A stretch of 64,000 bases of DNA from Blepharisma stoltei ATCC 30299 (Eukaryota > Protista > Ciliophora): assembly GCA_965603825.1 (NCBI GenBank), contig CBFDEM010000052.1, forward strand, positions 310,001 to 374,000. The letters run 5' to 3'. The translations under genes and the position numbers were made by a program. The notes beneath the pieces are model-generated. The model had not been told where the DNA came from, ran no database searches, and worked only from the letters and a program-made list of their open reading frames with translations. Numbering within the stretch: the first letter of the stretch is position 1; the number at the start of each line of letters is the position of its first letter. Positions 1-11,252 of this stretch are shown here, piece by piece.

Positions 1-332
1 AAATGGAAATTGCATACCAAAAATATAAAAAAACTGGTCCAGTATCATCTCGAGATCTATGCTTGCTTCAAAGAAGGTTCGACTTAGAAGGCGGCAAAAT
101 CGTTGCCATCGCAATGTCAACAACCCATCCGAACTGCCCAGAAACCAAGTTTGTAAGAGCTCATCTTTATTTAGGCTGTTTTGTGCTAACTCCTGTGTCT
201 CCTACAGTAACGCATATGGTTTACATGATAAATGTTGACATCAAAGGATCAATCCCTAAGTTCATTATAAACTCTGTTCAATCTGATCAAGCTTTGGTCG
301 TCGAAAAGATCAGAAAGAACTTAGCAGCTTAA
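1..332 (+). CDS. START-domain lipid-binding protein, C-terminal part (5' truncated by window)
   Basis: Motifs GPVSSRDLC, FVRAH, INVDIKGSIPKFIIN are typical of START domain C-termini; TAA at 330-332. Confidence 0.85.
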   Translation, partial: MEIAYQKYKKTGPVSSRDLCLLQRRFDLEGGKIVAIAMSTTHPNCPETKFVRAHLYLGCFVLTPVSPTVTHMVYMINVDIKGSIPKFIINSVQSDQALVVEKIRKNLAA

Positions 333-695
333 TTTACTATTTCTTTCATATTAATATAATTGAATTAAAAATAAAATATATCAAAATTATCAATTTGTAA
401 TATTAAAAATTATCCCAAATAACTGAATTCTTAATTAATGCAGTTAACCCATTGGATAAAAATTTAATCCTAATTTTCATGTAGCGCTATTTACTTTTGA
501 TGATGAAAATAAGGAAGATGGAGCTGTAGAAAACGTATTTTTTGGGGACATACCATTAAAATTGAAGAGTTTTAAGATCTACAAAGGTAGGAGCTATTAA
601 AAGGCTAAGAAAGCATAATAATTAAATTATGACTATTTTTTTATTTGGCGATATAATTTGTTAGGAGTTTTTTCTGAATTAATATAATTCATTAA

Positions 696-1298
696 ATGTT
701 CAGCAGTGGAGCCACTGTGAGTTACTATCGAATCCAAGATAAAGGCGACAATAAGCTGACTGAAGAGATTTACAAGCTCCATATCAAAAATTTCATAAGC
801 ATCTTGAGACTTCTTTCGATATTTATCTGCACTTATTTCGGGATCGCTTTCATACTGGGGATTTACCGAATTGCAATTAGCCAGGATGTAGATACATCGA
901 GCATTCCAATCATAATTGACTGGGTTCTAAGTTTGATAGTGTCTATTTTATGGCTTATAGTAGCTTATGGAGGATTCAAAGCTGTCAAAGTCCAATCAAG
1001 AGGGACATCTAAAAGGTTTTCTAAAGCTTTACTTGGATGTGCAGCAATTTATGTTGCTTATTTAGCATTTCACTATTTCGCGAATTTCGACTCAATTAGA
1101 GCACATTGGGAAACGGCATATGGATTAAATACAATTCAGACTATTGGATGGATGATGACCTATATATTCATTATTGCTTTCCTGCAGGGATTTTTTGTCT
1201 TAAAAGCTAGACAATTTAATAAAATCATCACTCAGTGCATTTTAGAGTCATTAAATGATAGCAAGGTGTTGAACCAGCCTTTACGAAAAATTAATTAA
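696..1298 (+). CDS. Hypothetical 4-TM membrane protein (200 aa)
   Basis: ATG..TAA ORF with four hydrophobic segments and AT-rich flanks. Confidence 0.75.
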   Translation: MFSSGATVSYYRIQDKGDNKLTEEIYKLHIKNFISILRLLSIFICTYFGIAFILGIYRIAISQDVDTSSIPIIIDWVLSLIVSILWLIVAYGGFKAVKVQSRGTSKRFSKALLGCAAIYVAYLAFHYFANFDSIRAHWETAYGLNTIQTIGWMMTYIFIIAFLQGFFVLKARQFNKIITQCILESLNDSKVLNQPLRKIN

Positions 1299-1345
1299 TC
1301 ATTCTTAAATCAAAATTATTGAAAATATATACTAAGGAATTAAGT

Positions 1346-1726
1346 TTATTCGCTGCTCTCATACTTGCTTAGAGCTTTCTCAGCTTCTTTTTGGGCATGA
1401 CTTCCTAGCTCGCCTGGCAGCAAGAGCTTGATGCCTGTGAGAACTTCACGACTGGTTATAGTCTTTTTGCCAGTGTATTTAGAAATATTTGCAGACTCTG
1501 TGGAGAGTCTTTCAAATAGGTCTTCTACAAAGGAACTCATTATATTCATCGATTTTTTTGAAATACTTATATCAGGATGAACCTGCTTTAAAAGGCGGTG
1601 GATGTAGATAACAAAGCTGTTAGATTTAGGTTTGGATGATTTTTTTTGAGTTTGAGTTTCTACCTTTGCGTCTTTCGAGGCCATTTCTTTCTTTTCTTCC
1701 TTCTTTTCACCTGTCTTTGGTTTCAT
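1346..1726 (-). CDS. H2B: Histone H2B, divergent variant
   Basis: YIHRLLKQVHPDISISKKSMNIMSSFVEDLFERL...ITSREV...LLLPGEL is the H2B histone fold. Confidence 0.93.
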   Translation of the reverse strand: MKPKTGEKKEEKKEMASKDAKVETQTQKKSSKPKSNSFVIYIHRLLKQVHPDISISKKSMNIMSSFVEDLFERLSTESANISKYTGKKTITSREVLTGIKLLLPGELGSHAQKEAEKALSKYESSE

Positions 1727-2205
1727 ATTTTATAATTTGCCGCCCTATTTAAAGGCTCTAATATTTTTTATCATGGCAACAGGCTAAATTAATACTTTTA
1801 ATAAATTCAAACATTTTTGTGATAGTTTATAAGAACTAAAAAATATATTAGATTTCATACAGACTTATTTTTAATTTAACTTCATAAATTAATATTTATC
1901 TCATGCATAAGCTCCTAATAATCATTTATGATATTCAATTGCTTTATATAGCACACTAGCTATATTTCTCTGCGCATTTTATCAGTCAAGACGACTTTTA
2001 ATATTTTAGATTTAACCATAGAATTTAGAATGTCAAAATAAAACTGTCGATGCATATCCAGACTGGTATATTTAAATTTAAGATTCCTTTTCAGTATTAT
2101 TGGCTTATAAAGCGACCTAATCAGGCAGTATTAGCCAAAAAGTTTTATTAAAAAACGCTCCAGGCTTTAAAAATATGGAGTAACACTAATGAAACCCATT
2201 ATATT

Positions 2206-4212
2206 ATGGGAAAAAAAGCTATTATCAGCAAGCATATTGTTTTATGTAGCTACACACAAAATTATTCTCATCATCCCATATACGGAATTATCCTTATCGA
2301 TGGTGAAATAATCCATGACGTCATCTTTTTAGATGAGAATATCCCTGTTCAGGCTATTATTGAAAAATACTCTGAATGAGATCCTCAAGACTGTTCGGAT
2401 TTATATATATCTCCTGGATTAATTGATATAAATGTGAGAAGGGAGTTCGAGAATTACACACATTTAACAAAAGCTGCAGTCGCCGGTGGTGTAACTTTGA
2501 TTTCTGAAGAAGATGGATATTACACAGATAATCCTCCAACTGGAGAACTCTTCTGTGATTTAGGAAAAATAGCACTTATTGACGCCACCAACGTGAATTC
2601 TATGGAAGTTGAGGCTTGTAAGGGCTGCCTAGCATTCAAAGGCTATTTTTATCCGCCGAGCAATTCTGTGCGAGCTTTACCTCACAATATGACTGAAGTG
2701 TATTCTAATTTGGAAAAAACAGGCCTACCTTTGTTTATCGACCCAACTCTACCAGATCCAAGGATGCTTTATATGGCCTCTCCAATGAGAATGGAAGCTC
2801 TGGAGTCAAGAAATGATGCAAAAACATCAGGAAATTTAAATGTGTTTGCAGGAGCTTTTTCGAATGCCATTGAAAGTGAAGGAGAAGAGGAAGATGAAGA
2901 TTACTCTGAAGAGTCTCCTCAAGACAACGTCAAGAGAATGTCTTTTGATGAAGAACACATTAAGATCCATAGCTCGCCAAGGACAAAAGACAGATCTCTT
3001 TCTGGAGAAGGATTCAATTATGAACTGACTTTCCAAAGAAACCTTTCTCATTTAGTATGCCCTGAAATCACTGAAGTAGAAGAAGAACAGACTCCAGCAA
3101 AAAAATCTAAAAGAAAAAAAAACCATAAATCAAAATCGACAATTTACACAATATTTGACGATCTTGACAGAAGGATCAGGGAAAGCCAGCAAAGCATTGA
3201 GAACTTAAGCTTAGCAGAGCAGTTCACATATCATGAGTCTGGACCAACACAGTTTTTAATCAAAAGAAAAAAGAGCTTATCACTAGGGCCTGCTGATTCT
3301 TACCAATCAGACAGCGACTCTAGCGATGCTGGAACTGTAAAAGCTGCTCCAAAGTCAGCACTTTATGAAAGAAGAATGGTTAATAGAAGACCAAACCCAA
3401 TAAAAATAGAGAAAAAATCAAGCGAAAATGACAATAAAGAAAGACTTTACATCTATCATTTAGCCAATTTCCCTGACCATTGAGAAGTCTCTGGAGTTGA
3501 AAAACTTATACAGAGCTTAAGAAGCAATATATCTATACACGTCGTCAATATTTCTTCAGCAGCTGCAATCAATAAAATTCGACAAGCAAGAGACCATTTT
3601 CCTAATTTGACTTGTGAAATCCCTGCAACACAGCTTTATTTTACAAACAATTCAATAGGAGATGGGCAGACGATCTTCAAAAATACCCCACCAATTCGAA
3701 ATCGAGGAAACTGCAACTTATTGTGGGATTTATTGAAAATGAAAGCAATTGACTGCATTACATCACAACACGCATATATAGACCCCTCAATGAAATCTTT
3801 AGACACAGGAAACTTCCAAAAGGCTCTAAATGGGATTTGTGCAATCGGGTTTACCTTGCAAGCTATATGAACTATGATAAATGTCCCTGTTAGCAGTCAT
3901 ACACAACTAGAGCATTATATCGTCAGGATGTCAAAGTGACTTTCATTGCATCCTTCACGAATTTTAGGGCTACAAGATAAGCGAGGGTCAATAGAAAAGG
4001 GAAAATACGCAGATTTAGTGATTTGGGCGCCATATGAGCGAGTGCTAGCTCCAGAAGTTCATTCAGAAAAGAAAGAGATGTCTCCATTTCTTTCTCAAAA
4101 TCTCCAAGGCAGGATTTATAAAGTGTATATAAGAGGCAAGCTAGCACATGATGGGACAAACTTTAAAGCTAGAGGCAAAAAAATAGTTAGGATGAACACA
4201 AATAAAAATTAG
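2206..4212 (+). CDS. Allantoinase/dihydroorotase-like amidohydrolase-fold protein (668 aa), metal ligands degenerate
   Basis: One frame from ATG 2206 to TAG 4210-4212 through TGA=Trp at 2377, 3481, 3868, 3937. Motifs SPGLID, AAVAGGVT, KNTPPIR, MSKWLSLHPSRILGL, GSIEKGKYADLVIW. Confidence 0.85.
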
Positions 4213-5405
4213 ATTATTATATTTAGGGATTTTAGTTTTCTTGTGGTTTCTTCAAGCCAAAGCTCAGTTCTAGCTCTGGGGCCTTGACTTTCTTCTTCAT
4301 GCTCAACTGTGACGACTAAAATCTTGAGTTCTTCACTGTCTCGTACGTATACTATTGAGAGTTTATCTAAACTAAAACCATATAAACCTTGATTTGAATG
4401 TTTCAATTTCATATGAACTGTGCTAGGATCTTGGCCCAAACAATTTGAAATTATTTCTTCAAGATTATCATTTTGTGTGTAAAATTTTAAAGTGTATTGA
4501 GACATTATTCTGGATAGCTGCTCTCTAGCATATGAGTGAAACTCAACAGTATATAGTTGTAAAGGTGCACTAATATACTCAGGGAAATTGAAATTCCTTA
4601 TAGAATCAGCAGGATGATAAGGCTTGATGTCTAAAATTGGCGTCCCATCTATAAGATCGATTCCTTGGAGATAAAGAGTCCTATCAACAATTTTCAGTAG
4701 CTGGACTGCTGACAGCCCAATTGGGTTAAATCTGTGTGGACTTCTTGTAGCATATACTCCTTTTTTCCTACCGTTTAATCGTGGAAGTTTTATTTTTGAA
4801 ATTTGTTTATTGTGATGACTGGCATGAAATACGAATATTAGCCAAATGTGAGAGAATTCTTCAAGTCCTTCGTATGCATCAGTGTTTATTTTAGATGAAA
4901 GGGTGAGAGATCCTCTTGCATATGGAGAATATTGGCCTAATTTATAATTACTTTGACGAGGAGTTCCGAATTTTTCTCCAAAGCAGCTTTCAATATAACC
5001 AATTGGCTCAAACTGCATATAGTTTACAGCGAAAGCATCTTTATTATCTTCATCTGCTTCTTTTACTTTAAGTTCTTCATCATGATCTGATGTGATTAGC
5101 CGGATATTAATGAAGCCTTCTCTCGCATAAATTTCAGACACTGCATTTGGGTAGCCTTCATCCGCTGATCTAGCTATTAAGTGTTCTGCTCATTCCTGTG
5201 GGTCAATATTTGAGCCAGTTTCTTTGTTAATTTTTTGAACAGTCTGTATAGGAAATACTCTAATTACTGTAAAAGAATTTAGATCGCCTCTTTCTTTCAA
5301 TTTTGGCTTCGAGAATATTCAAGGCTCTCAGTTTACTTTGGGGATAAGTTCTTTTTGTTCTGCTTGTTTGACTAAATTTAGAAAGTAATCTTCCAATTCA
5401 GTCAT
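4209..5405 (-). CDS. TRMO: TrmO/TsaA tRNA m6t6A37 methyltransferase with N-terminal ArgRS-N-like extension
   Basis: FGTPRQ, LEEFSHIWLIFVFH, GVYATRSPHRFNPIGLS, DLIDGTPILDIKPY. ORF extends to ATG 5405 via three TGA=Trp. Candidate introns 4937-4951 and 5244-5258. Confidence 0.9.
4937..4951 (-). other. 15-nt intron candidate GTAATTATAAATTAG (in frame, no stop)
   Basis: GT..AG with A10; removal gives PRQSQYSPYARG, closer to the usual TsaA spacing. Confidence 0.7.
5244..5258 (-). other. 15-nt intron candidate GTATTTCCTATACAG (in frame, no stop)
   Basis: GT..AG with A10; removal improves spacing relative to the ArgRS N-terminal motif pattern. Confidence 0.55.
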
Positions 5406-6012
5406 ACTTTAACTTTATAATATCATTATTATTAAAAATTGAAGTATAAAATTATTGGAATGCTATTTTCTTGAATATAGCAGAGTATTGAGTAATCTTA
5501 GAAATCCTGAATAATTTCTGGAAAGCAAGATGAAATTAGGTAAAAATATTTTAATGAAATCTATAGATGCCTTGGCTATCGAGGAGTATGATTTAGGCAA
5601 TCAATATAGATATCTTAGGCTATATGCCACTCCGTAATTCTAAATTATTCTGGGAATTTTGTTTAATTACTTTAAAAAGTTTAATCAGTAATCTTCATGG
5701 TATAAAATTAATTTACATATTTTATGTGGTTGCTTATAATGAACAATAATCATAATTCAAACACTAAAACCAACGTATAATTTAATTTGATACAGCAATC
5801 TGGCTACATTTGAATTTTTTCTGAGTTGATAAAAATTTCAATTTTTTCTACTTACTGATTATTAAAGATAAACTTATAATATTCCCTGCAAGCTCTCTCA
5901 AGCAATTTAATTCATTTATGACATTTTCCTATAATTATTATCTTTAGCTAGTCTATTAAATCATCATTAAAATAATGAAATCAGCAGAATTTCTGTGTTG
6001 ATAATAATAAAA

Positions 6013-7989
6013 ATGCTATTTCTTTCTTTACTACTGTTTGGGTCAGCAGCTGGTCAATGCCCCAAGTTTACGTGTTTAAACGAAACCACTACAGAAAAGT
6101 GCTTAGATTACGACAGTAAAAGCGCCACTTACAAAATTTCTTATTGCACTTCCGATTACATCTGCCCTGCAGGCTCCAGTCAAGAAGCTTTCTGCACTTT
6201 TAATAAACCGATTTACTCTCTTCGCTATCCAGGTGAATTTTGTACCTGGGATTCTGATTGCACAAGTAATTCTTGCGTTTTTAATGTTTGCCAAGGTCTG
6301 ATTGCCCCTCAGACCTGCATAAACTTATATGACTGCAACCCAGGCTATTTTTGTGACCCAGAATCTGGTCTTTGTGAAGAGCAAGCTGAAGAAGGAGGAG
6401 ATTGCCTTGTTGACGAAGGCTGCGTAAACTCAGCAATTTGTATAAAAGGAACTTGTGAACCCATTTTTTCTCAAGCAGTTGGCTATGCTTTTACTGATGT
6501 AGATGTCAACCCAAATACAGGCTTTAACTTTGCTTGTGCAACTGGCTATGCTATTGTCAAACGTGAAGGAGTGTTCCAGTGTGCAAAAGCTCCAGTCAGT
6601 AAACAAGCTGTTCCAATTCAATGCGAATTAGGAACTAAATGTACAGCTTCTGATGGTGTTAGCCAACAAAACTGCCAATGCGGATACAATGAAGCTGGAG
6701 CTGCATATTGCCCTCTGTTTATTGGAGATTCGATTGCTCAATCTATGATTACAAACTGGATTGCTATCTCTAAATATAGCTCAGCCTGCAATTCTATTAG
6801 AAGATGGAGTTTTGAATGCTTTGCAACTTTATCAGGAGAAGCTCAAGCTGCTTATAATGCTTGGGAAGTTGACTACATGCTTTATAATCAAAGCCACTAT
6901 GCTCTTATACAAAATAATCCACCTTGTGTTCAAGAAACTTATACAAAAGATTATAATGAAGTTATAACTGCCAGTACAAAATATAACACTTCTGTATGTC
7001 CTATTTACCACTGCTCTCCAAGCTCAAGCTATAATCAATGCATTCTTTATAGGCAAGAGACTGCCAATTTTTATGTACAGGAAACTTTTTACTTATCAAA
7101 TTGTTCAGAGAGCCAAGTATGCCCTGTTACTCGGACTGCCAACTCTACTTGTCAATCTGCTGAAGTCCAATTGGCATATCCAGGAGATTATTGCACTGAA
7201 AATGCCCAATGTCTTTCAGGATCATGCAAAAGTAAAAAATGTCAAGGACTAAGTGAAGGAGATGCGTGTATAAATCTATATGACTGTGGTCCTGGCTTAT
7301 TTTGCAATGATGATTCTGTATGCCAAGAACAAGTTTCTAAAAATGGGCAGTGCTCTGATGAATATGATTGCGAAAATAATTTGATTTGCAATCTGGGAAT
7401 TTGCATCCCATATTTCTCACTTGGAACAGGCGCAGAAACTGACGCTGTAGACTATAATGGATTATCTTTTGCTTGTGGCACAGGATTCGCAAAGATTAAT
7501 AGTACAACTCCACTTATGGGCTCCTGTGCAGCAGCTCCAGTATCAGCATTAGGGGCATATACATGCACTCCTGGCTCTGTATGCATGGACTTGTCAAATA
7601 TATACTCAAAGCCATGCACATGTGGATATAGCAGTGAAGGGTTAGGATACTGCCCATCATTTGAAGGCGATAAACATCTTCAAGCTGCTATAACAGCATT
7701 TAAAAAACTTATGACTTATGATGTCAGCTGCAATACGTTTTCAAGAAAAAGCGAAAACTGCTGGATGAGGTATCCGAAGTATTTGAAGCAGTTTTATTAC
7801 TATGCAACTAATTTTACGATGTATCAGCAATTTCCTTATCTGCAGAAGAATCCTGATTGTGCTGACAATATATACAACACTGAGTATTATGGGCTTCTTG
7901 AAAGGCTAGCTAAAGGACATTTCGATGATAGCAAAGGCAACATTTTAACGTTTTGCCTTGGAATCGCTATTTTGATTGTTGGATATTAA
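6013..7989 (+). CDS. Cys-rich surface protein with signal peptide and probable GPI signal; two internal ~320-aa modules
   Basis: Hydrophobic N-terminus MLFLSLLLFGSAAG; duplicated motifs YPG(E/D)xC, CINLYDCxPGxFC, CxCGY...YCPxFxGD; hydrophobic C-terminus. Confidence 0.85.
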   Translation: MLFLSLLLFGSAAGQCPKFTCLNETTTEKCLDYDSKSATYKISYCTSDYICPAGSSQEAFCTFNKPIYSLRYPGEFCTWDSDCTSNSCVFNVCQGLIAPQTCINLYDCNPGYFCDPESGLCEEQAEEGGDCLVDEGCVNSAICIKGTCEPIFSQAVGYAFTDVDVNPNTGFNFACATGYAIVKREGVFQCAKAPVSKQAVPIQCELGTKCTASDGVSQQNCQCGYNEAGAAYCPLFIGDSIAQSMITNWIAISKYSSACNSIRRWSFECFATLSGEAQAAYNAWEVDYMLYNQSHYALIQNNPPCVQETYTKDYNEVITASTKYNTSVCPIYHCSPSSSYNQCILYRQETANFYVQETFYLSNCSESQVCPVTRTANSTCQSAEVQLAYPGDYCTENAQCLSGSCKSKKCQGLSEGDACINLYDCGPGLFCNDDSVCQEQVSKNGQCSDEYDCENNLICNLGICIPYFSLGTGAETDAVDYNGLSFACGTGFAKINSTTPLMGSCAAAPVSALGAYTCTPGSVCMDLSNIYSKPCTCGYSSEGLGYCPSFEGDKHLQAAITAFKKLMTYDVSCNTFSRKSENCWMRYPKYLKQFYYYATNFTMYQQFPYLQKNPDCADNIYNTEYYGLLERLAKGHFDDSKGNILTFCLGIAILIVGY

Positions 7990-8276
7990 ATCAGCATTAA
8001 CTATCTTATTTCTCATTAAAATATTCAATATATTTTCTATATTCTTTGTTCAAGCTTTGTCTCATTTGATAATTAAAGTATGGGATTTAGCGATAAATTT
8101 CACGAAAAATTATTAGCTTCGGATAAAAACAAATAAAAAAATTAAATCAATTTATTCAAGGGGAGATTCTTCTTTCAATAGCAATAGTTTCTTTTAAAAT
8201 AAATAAGAATCAGTTTATTTATTGTTAGATTAATATATTTCACCATTTCTAATGAGTCTTCTGTTGAATAAATTGC

Positions 8277-10253
8277 ATGATCCCATTAATCTTATTAATC
8301 TTAGGAGTTTCTGCTCAGCAATGCCCAAAATATACCTGCGATACGGCCGAAAAATGTATGTCTTTTAGTAAAAAGACTAACACATATCAAATATCCCCTT
8401 GTTCTCCAAATGCCACTTGTCCGATAGATCTATCATCAAAAGAATCGCATTGCGTTGATTTACAACCAGAGAAATCATTCAACTACCCAGGAGAATTCTG
8501 CACATGGAATTCAGATTGCAGTAGCAAGTCTTGTCTTGGCAACATATGTCAGGGCAAAAACCAAGGAGATGACTGCATAAATCTTTATGACTGTAACCCT
8601 GGCCTTTACTGTGATCAAGTTGTAAAGACATGCGAACCTCAGCTTGTATCAGGGAAGGCTTGCAATTCTGATGATGAATGCGTAAACACCAATTTTTGCC
8701 TTTCAGGAACTTGCCAAAGCTATTTTTCACAGCCAAACGGATATTCCTTTACAAAACTACAGGTCAACTCAACAACAGGCTTTAATATGGTATGCGCATC
8801 AGGCTTCGCAATATTAAGCGCAGGGACCTATACATGTACAGCTGCCCCTACAAATAAAGCAGACCCTACACAAGCATGTACTCCTGGATCTCAGTGCACA
8901 TCTTCAGATGGAAAATATACACTCCCATGTCAATGTGGATATACAGAATCAGGAAGTGGATATTGCCCACTATTTGCAGGAGATACTGTAGCTCAAAACA
9001 TGATTACTAGCTGGATTGGTTTGCTTAAAGGCTATAGTACTGGTACTTGTAATACAATGAGAAGATGGGGATATCAATGCTTTATAGGTCAGAATGCAAA
9101 TGCAGAGATGGCTTTCAATACTTTCATGCAATATTATATCGCTTATGTAGGAGGCCAGTGGCCACTTTTGCAAAACAACCCACCATGCATCAAAGAAACT
9201 CTCGCAAAAGAATATTACGATCTTCAGGCTGCACAATCAGATGATAAGTATACAATTTCCTCTTGTCCTGTTTACTTTTGTTCTTCATCATCTTCAAGTG
9301 ATCAATGCATAGTTTATAAAGAAGAAATCAGCGATTTTTACGTTCAAGAAACATTTTATGCAAAGACATGCTCATCTGGAAAAACTTGTCCAGCAACAAG
9401 GACATCAAACTCAACATGTGAAGATGCGCCAACTGCAGTTCGATATGCTGGAGACAAATGCTCTGATAATTCTGACTGTTTATCAAATAAATGCGATAAT
9501 AAAGTCTGCGTTGGAAAAGCTCAAAGCGATACTTGTGAGTACATATATGACTGCAATCCTGGATTATACTGCAACTCTGGGTCTTCCCGCTGTGAAACGC
9601 AGCTAACTGCAGATGCGACATGTTTAGATGACTATGACTGCGCCAATGGCTTGATGTGCAACTTAGGAGCTTGCACTCTTTACTTTACTTTAGAAAATGG
9701 CATGCAAACTGACAATGTCAATAATTATGGTTTTTCTATGGCATGCAAAACCGGCTTTGCGGCAGTTAATAGGCAAACCAATCCTCCAACTGGGATCTGT
9801 GCAGAAGCACCTCTTTCACCTACAGTAAAGACATGTATGGTAGATTCGATGTGTCAAGACACAACTGGGACTTATTCGAAACCGTGCACTTGTGGATATA
9901 ATGCGAATGGGCTCTCATTCTGTCCAAGTTTTGAAGGCGACCAGTACCTGCAAACTGCAATTGTCGCTGCAAGAACTCTTTTGCTAAGTAATGTTCAATG
10001 CAACACTTACTCTAGGCTAAGCGAATATTGCTATGAAAAGTATCCAAAATTACTTGGAAATTATTATAATTACGCAATAAATATGGAAATGTATTTGAAC
10101 TATCCATTACTACAACAAAACCCAGACTGTATCGAAAAAATTTATAATGCAGACTATTACTATGTTGTCCAGAAACTAAAGGATATGAATGATAGTGGGT
10201 CAATTGAAAAATCCATATTCTTTGGATTATTGGCTCTCCTAGTATTAAGCTAA
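8277..10253 (+). CDS. Cys-rich surface protein, tandem paralog of 6013-7989
   Basis: Same architecture; shares YPGEFCTW, CINLYDCNPG, YSKPCTCGY, CPSFEGD. Confidence 0.85.
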   Translation: MIPLILLILGVSAQQCPKYTCDTAEKCMSFSKKTNTYQISPCSPNATCPIDLSSKESHCVDLQPEKSFNYPGEFCTWNSDCSSKSCLGNICQGKNQGDDCINLYDCNPGLYCDQVVKTCEPQLVSGKACNSDDECVNTNFCLSGTCQSYFSQPNGYSFTKLQVNSTTGFNMVCASGFAILSAGTYTCTAAPTNKADPTQACTPGSQCTSSDGKYTLPCQCGYTESGSGYCPLFAGDTVAQNMITSWIGLLKGYSTGTCNTMRRWGYQCFIGQNANAEMAFNTFMQYYIAYVGGQWPLLQNNPPCIKETLAKEYYDLQAAQSDDKYTISSCPVYFCSSSSSSDQCIVYKEEISDFYVQETFYAKTCSSGKTCPATRTSNSTCEDAPTAVRYAGDKCSDNSDCLSNKCDNKVCVGKAQSDTCEYIYDCNPGLYCNSGSSRCETQLTADATCLDDYDCANGLMCNLGACTLYFTLENGMQTDNVNNYGFSMACKTGFAAVNRQTNPPTGICAEAPLSPTVKTCMVDSMCQDTTGTYSKPCTCGYNANGLSFCPSFEGDQYLQTAIVAARTLLLSNVQCNTYSRLSEYCYEKYPKLLGNYYNYAINMEMYLNYPLLQQNPDCIEKIYNADYYYVVQKLKDMNDSGSIEKSIFFGLLALLVLS

Positions 10254-10472
10254 GGACAAAATTTCTTTAATAATGATTTATTTGCTTAAAATAAAATGAT
10301 TTTTTAATCATCTTACTGATTACTTGGGCTAGATTTTTCATAACGACATATAATAGAATTTATATAATGGCAGGCTGCTCACTGAAACATTGTTGGCAGA
10401 CTTCATTTAAATAATTATATTCGATTAAATATTATATCTGTCAAAGTAACATAATAATTTAAATGGGTTTGA

Positions 10473-11225
10473 ATGGACCAACAAAGAGTAAATTATAAAA
10501 ACGAGAGCCATCAGCCTTTTCTACGAGAAATTACCAGGCACAAATCCCAAAAACTATTTGAGCGGAAGCCATCGCTTCCTTGCATCAAAGCTTATTCATT
10601 GAAAAAATCTAAAAGCAATCTTCCAGAAATAAAACATTGTGCAATAACTCCAGAGCCTTGTTTGATAAGAGATCGATCGATGAATTTCTCTCCTAATGAA
10701 TATGTTTATGGTATAAATCCAGAAAGCCAAGAAAGTTTAACTTTGAATTCGCTAATCCAAGGTACTTATCATACTTCCAAAAACAATTCAAGACAAAATT
10801 TCTTCCATTCATTCATTAAGGACAAATGAAAAGAGACTCAGGCATGCAAAAGAGTCAGCAATAAACTTACAAAGTTAAATAAAAACTATATGAATAAACT
10901 TTCAGTTCATTCACCTTTTTCCATTCCTTCTACCAACCTGCCTAAATCAAGAATTTTAGAAAGCAGTTCTCAGCTTTCAAATTCAAAAATCAAGCTTCAT
11001 GAAAGCATCCCACAAATCCCTAAGGTAGCCGTAACAGAAAAAAATACTCCAATCAGGCCAAAAGAATCCAAAAAACTAACAATCAGCCACTCGCTTCCTC
11101 AAAAGCTTAGAAACTACAAGCCACACTTCGATGTGAAGATCAGACACAGGCCAACACAAGAAAGAAAAAGGTCTTACTCAAACATTAGATTAAGCAGTTG
11201 GGACACTGAAGAAAACAAGTGTTGA
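10473..11225 (+). CDS. Hypothetical basic low-complexity protein; 3' end uncertain (TGA 11223-11225 or TAA 11334-11336)
   Basis: ORFs 10473-10829 and 10890-11225 are one frame joined through TGA 10827-10829. Confidence 0.65.
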
Positions 11226-11252
11226 GTAAAAATAATTTTATACAAAATTTTT

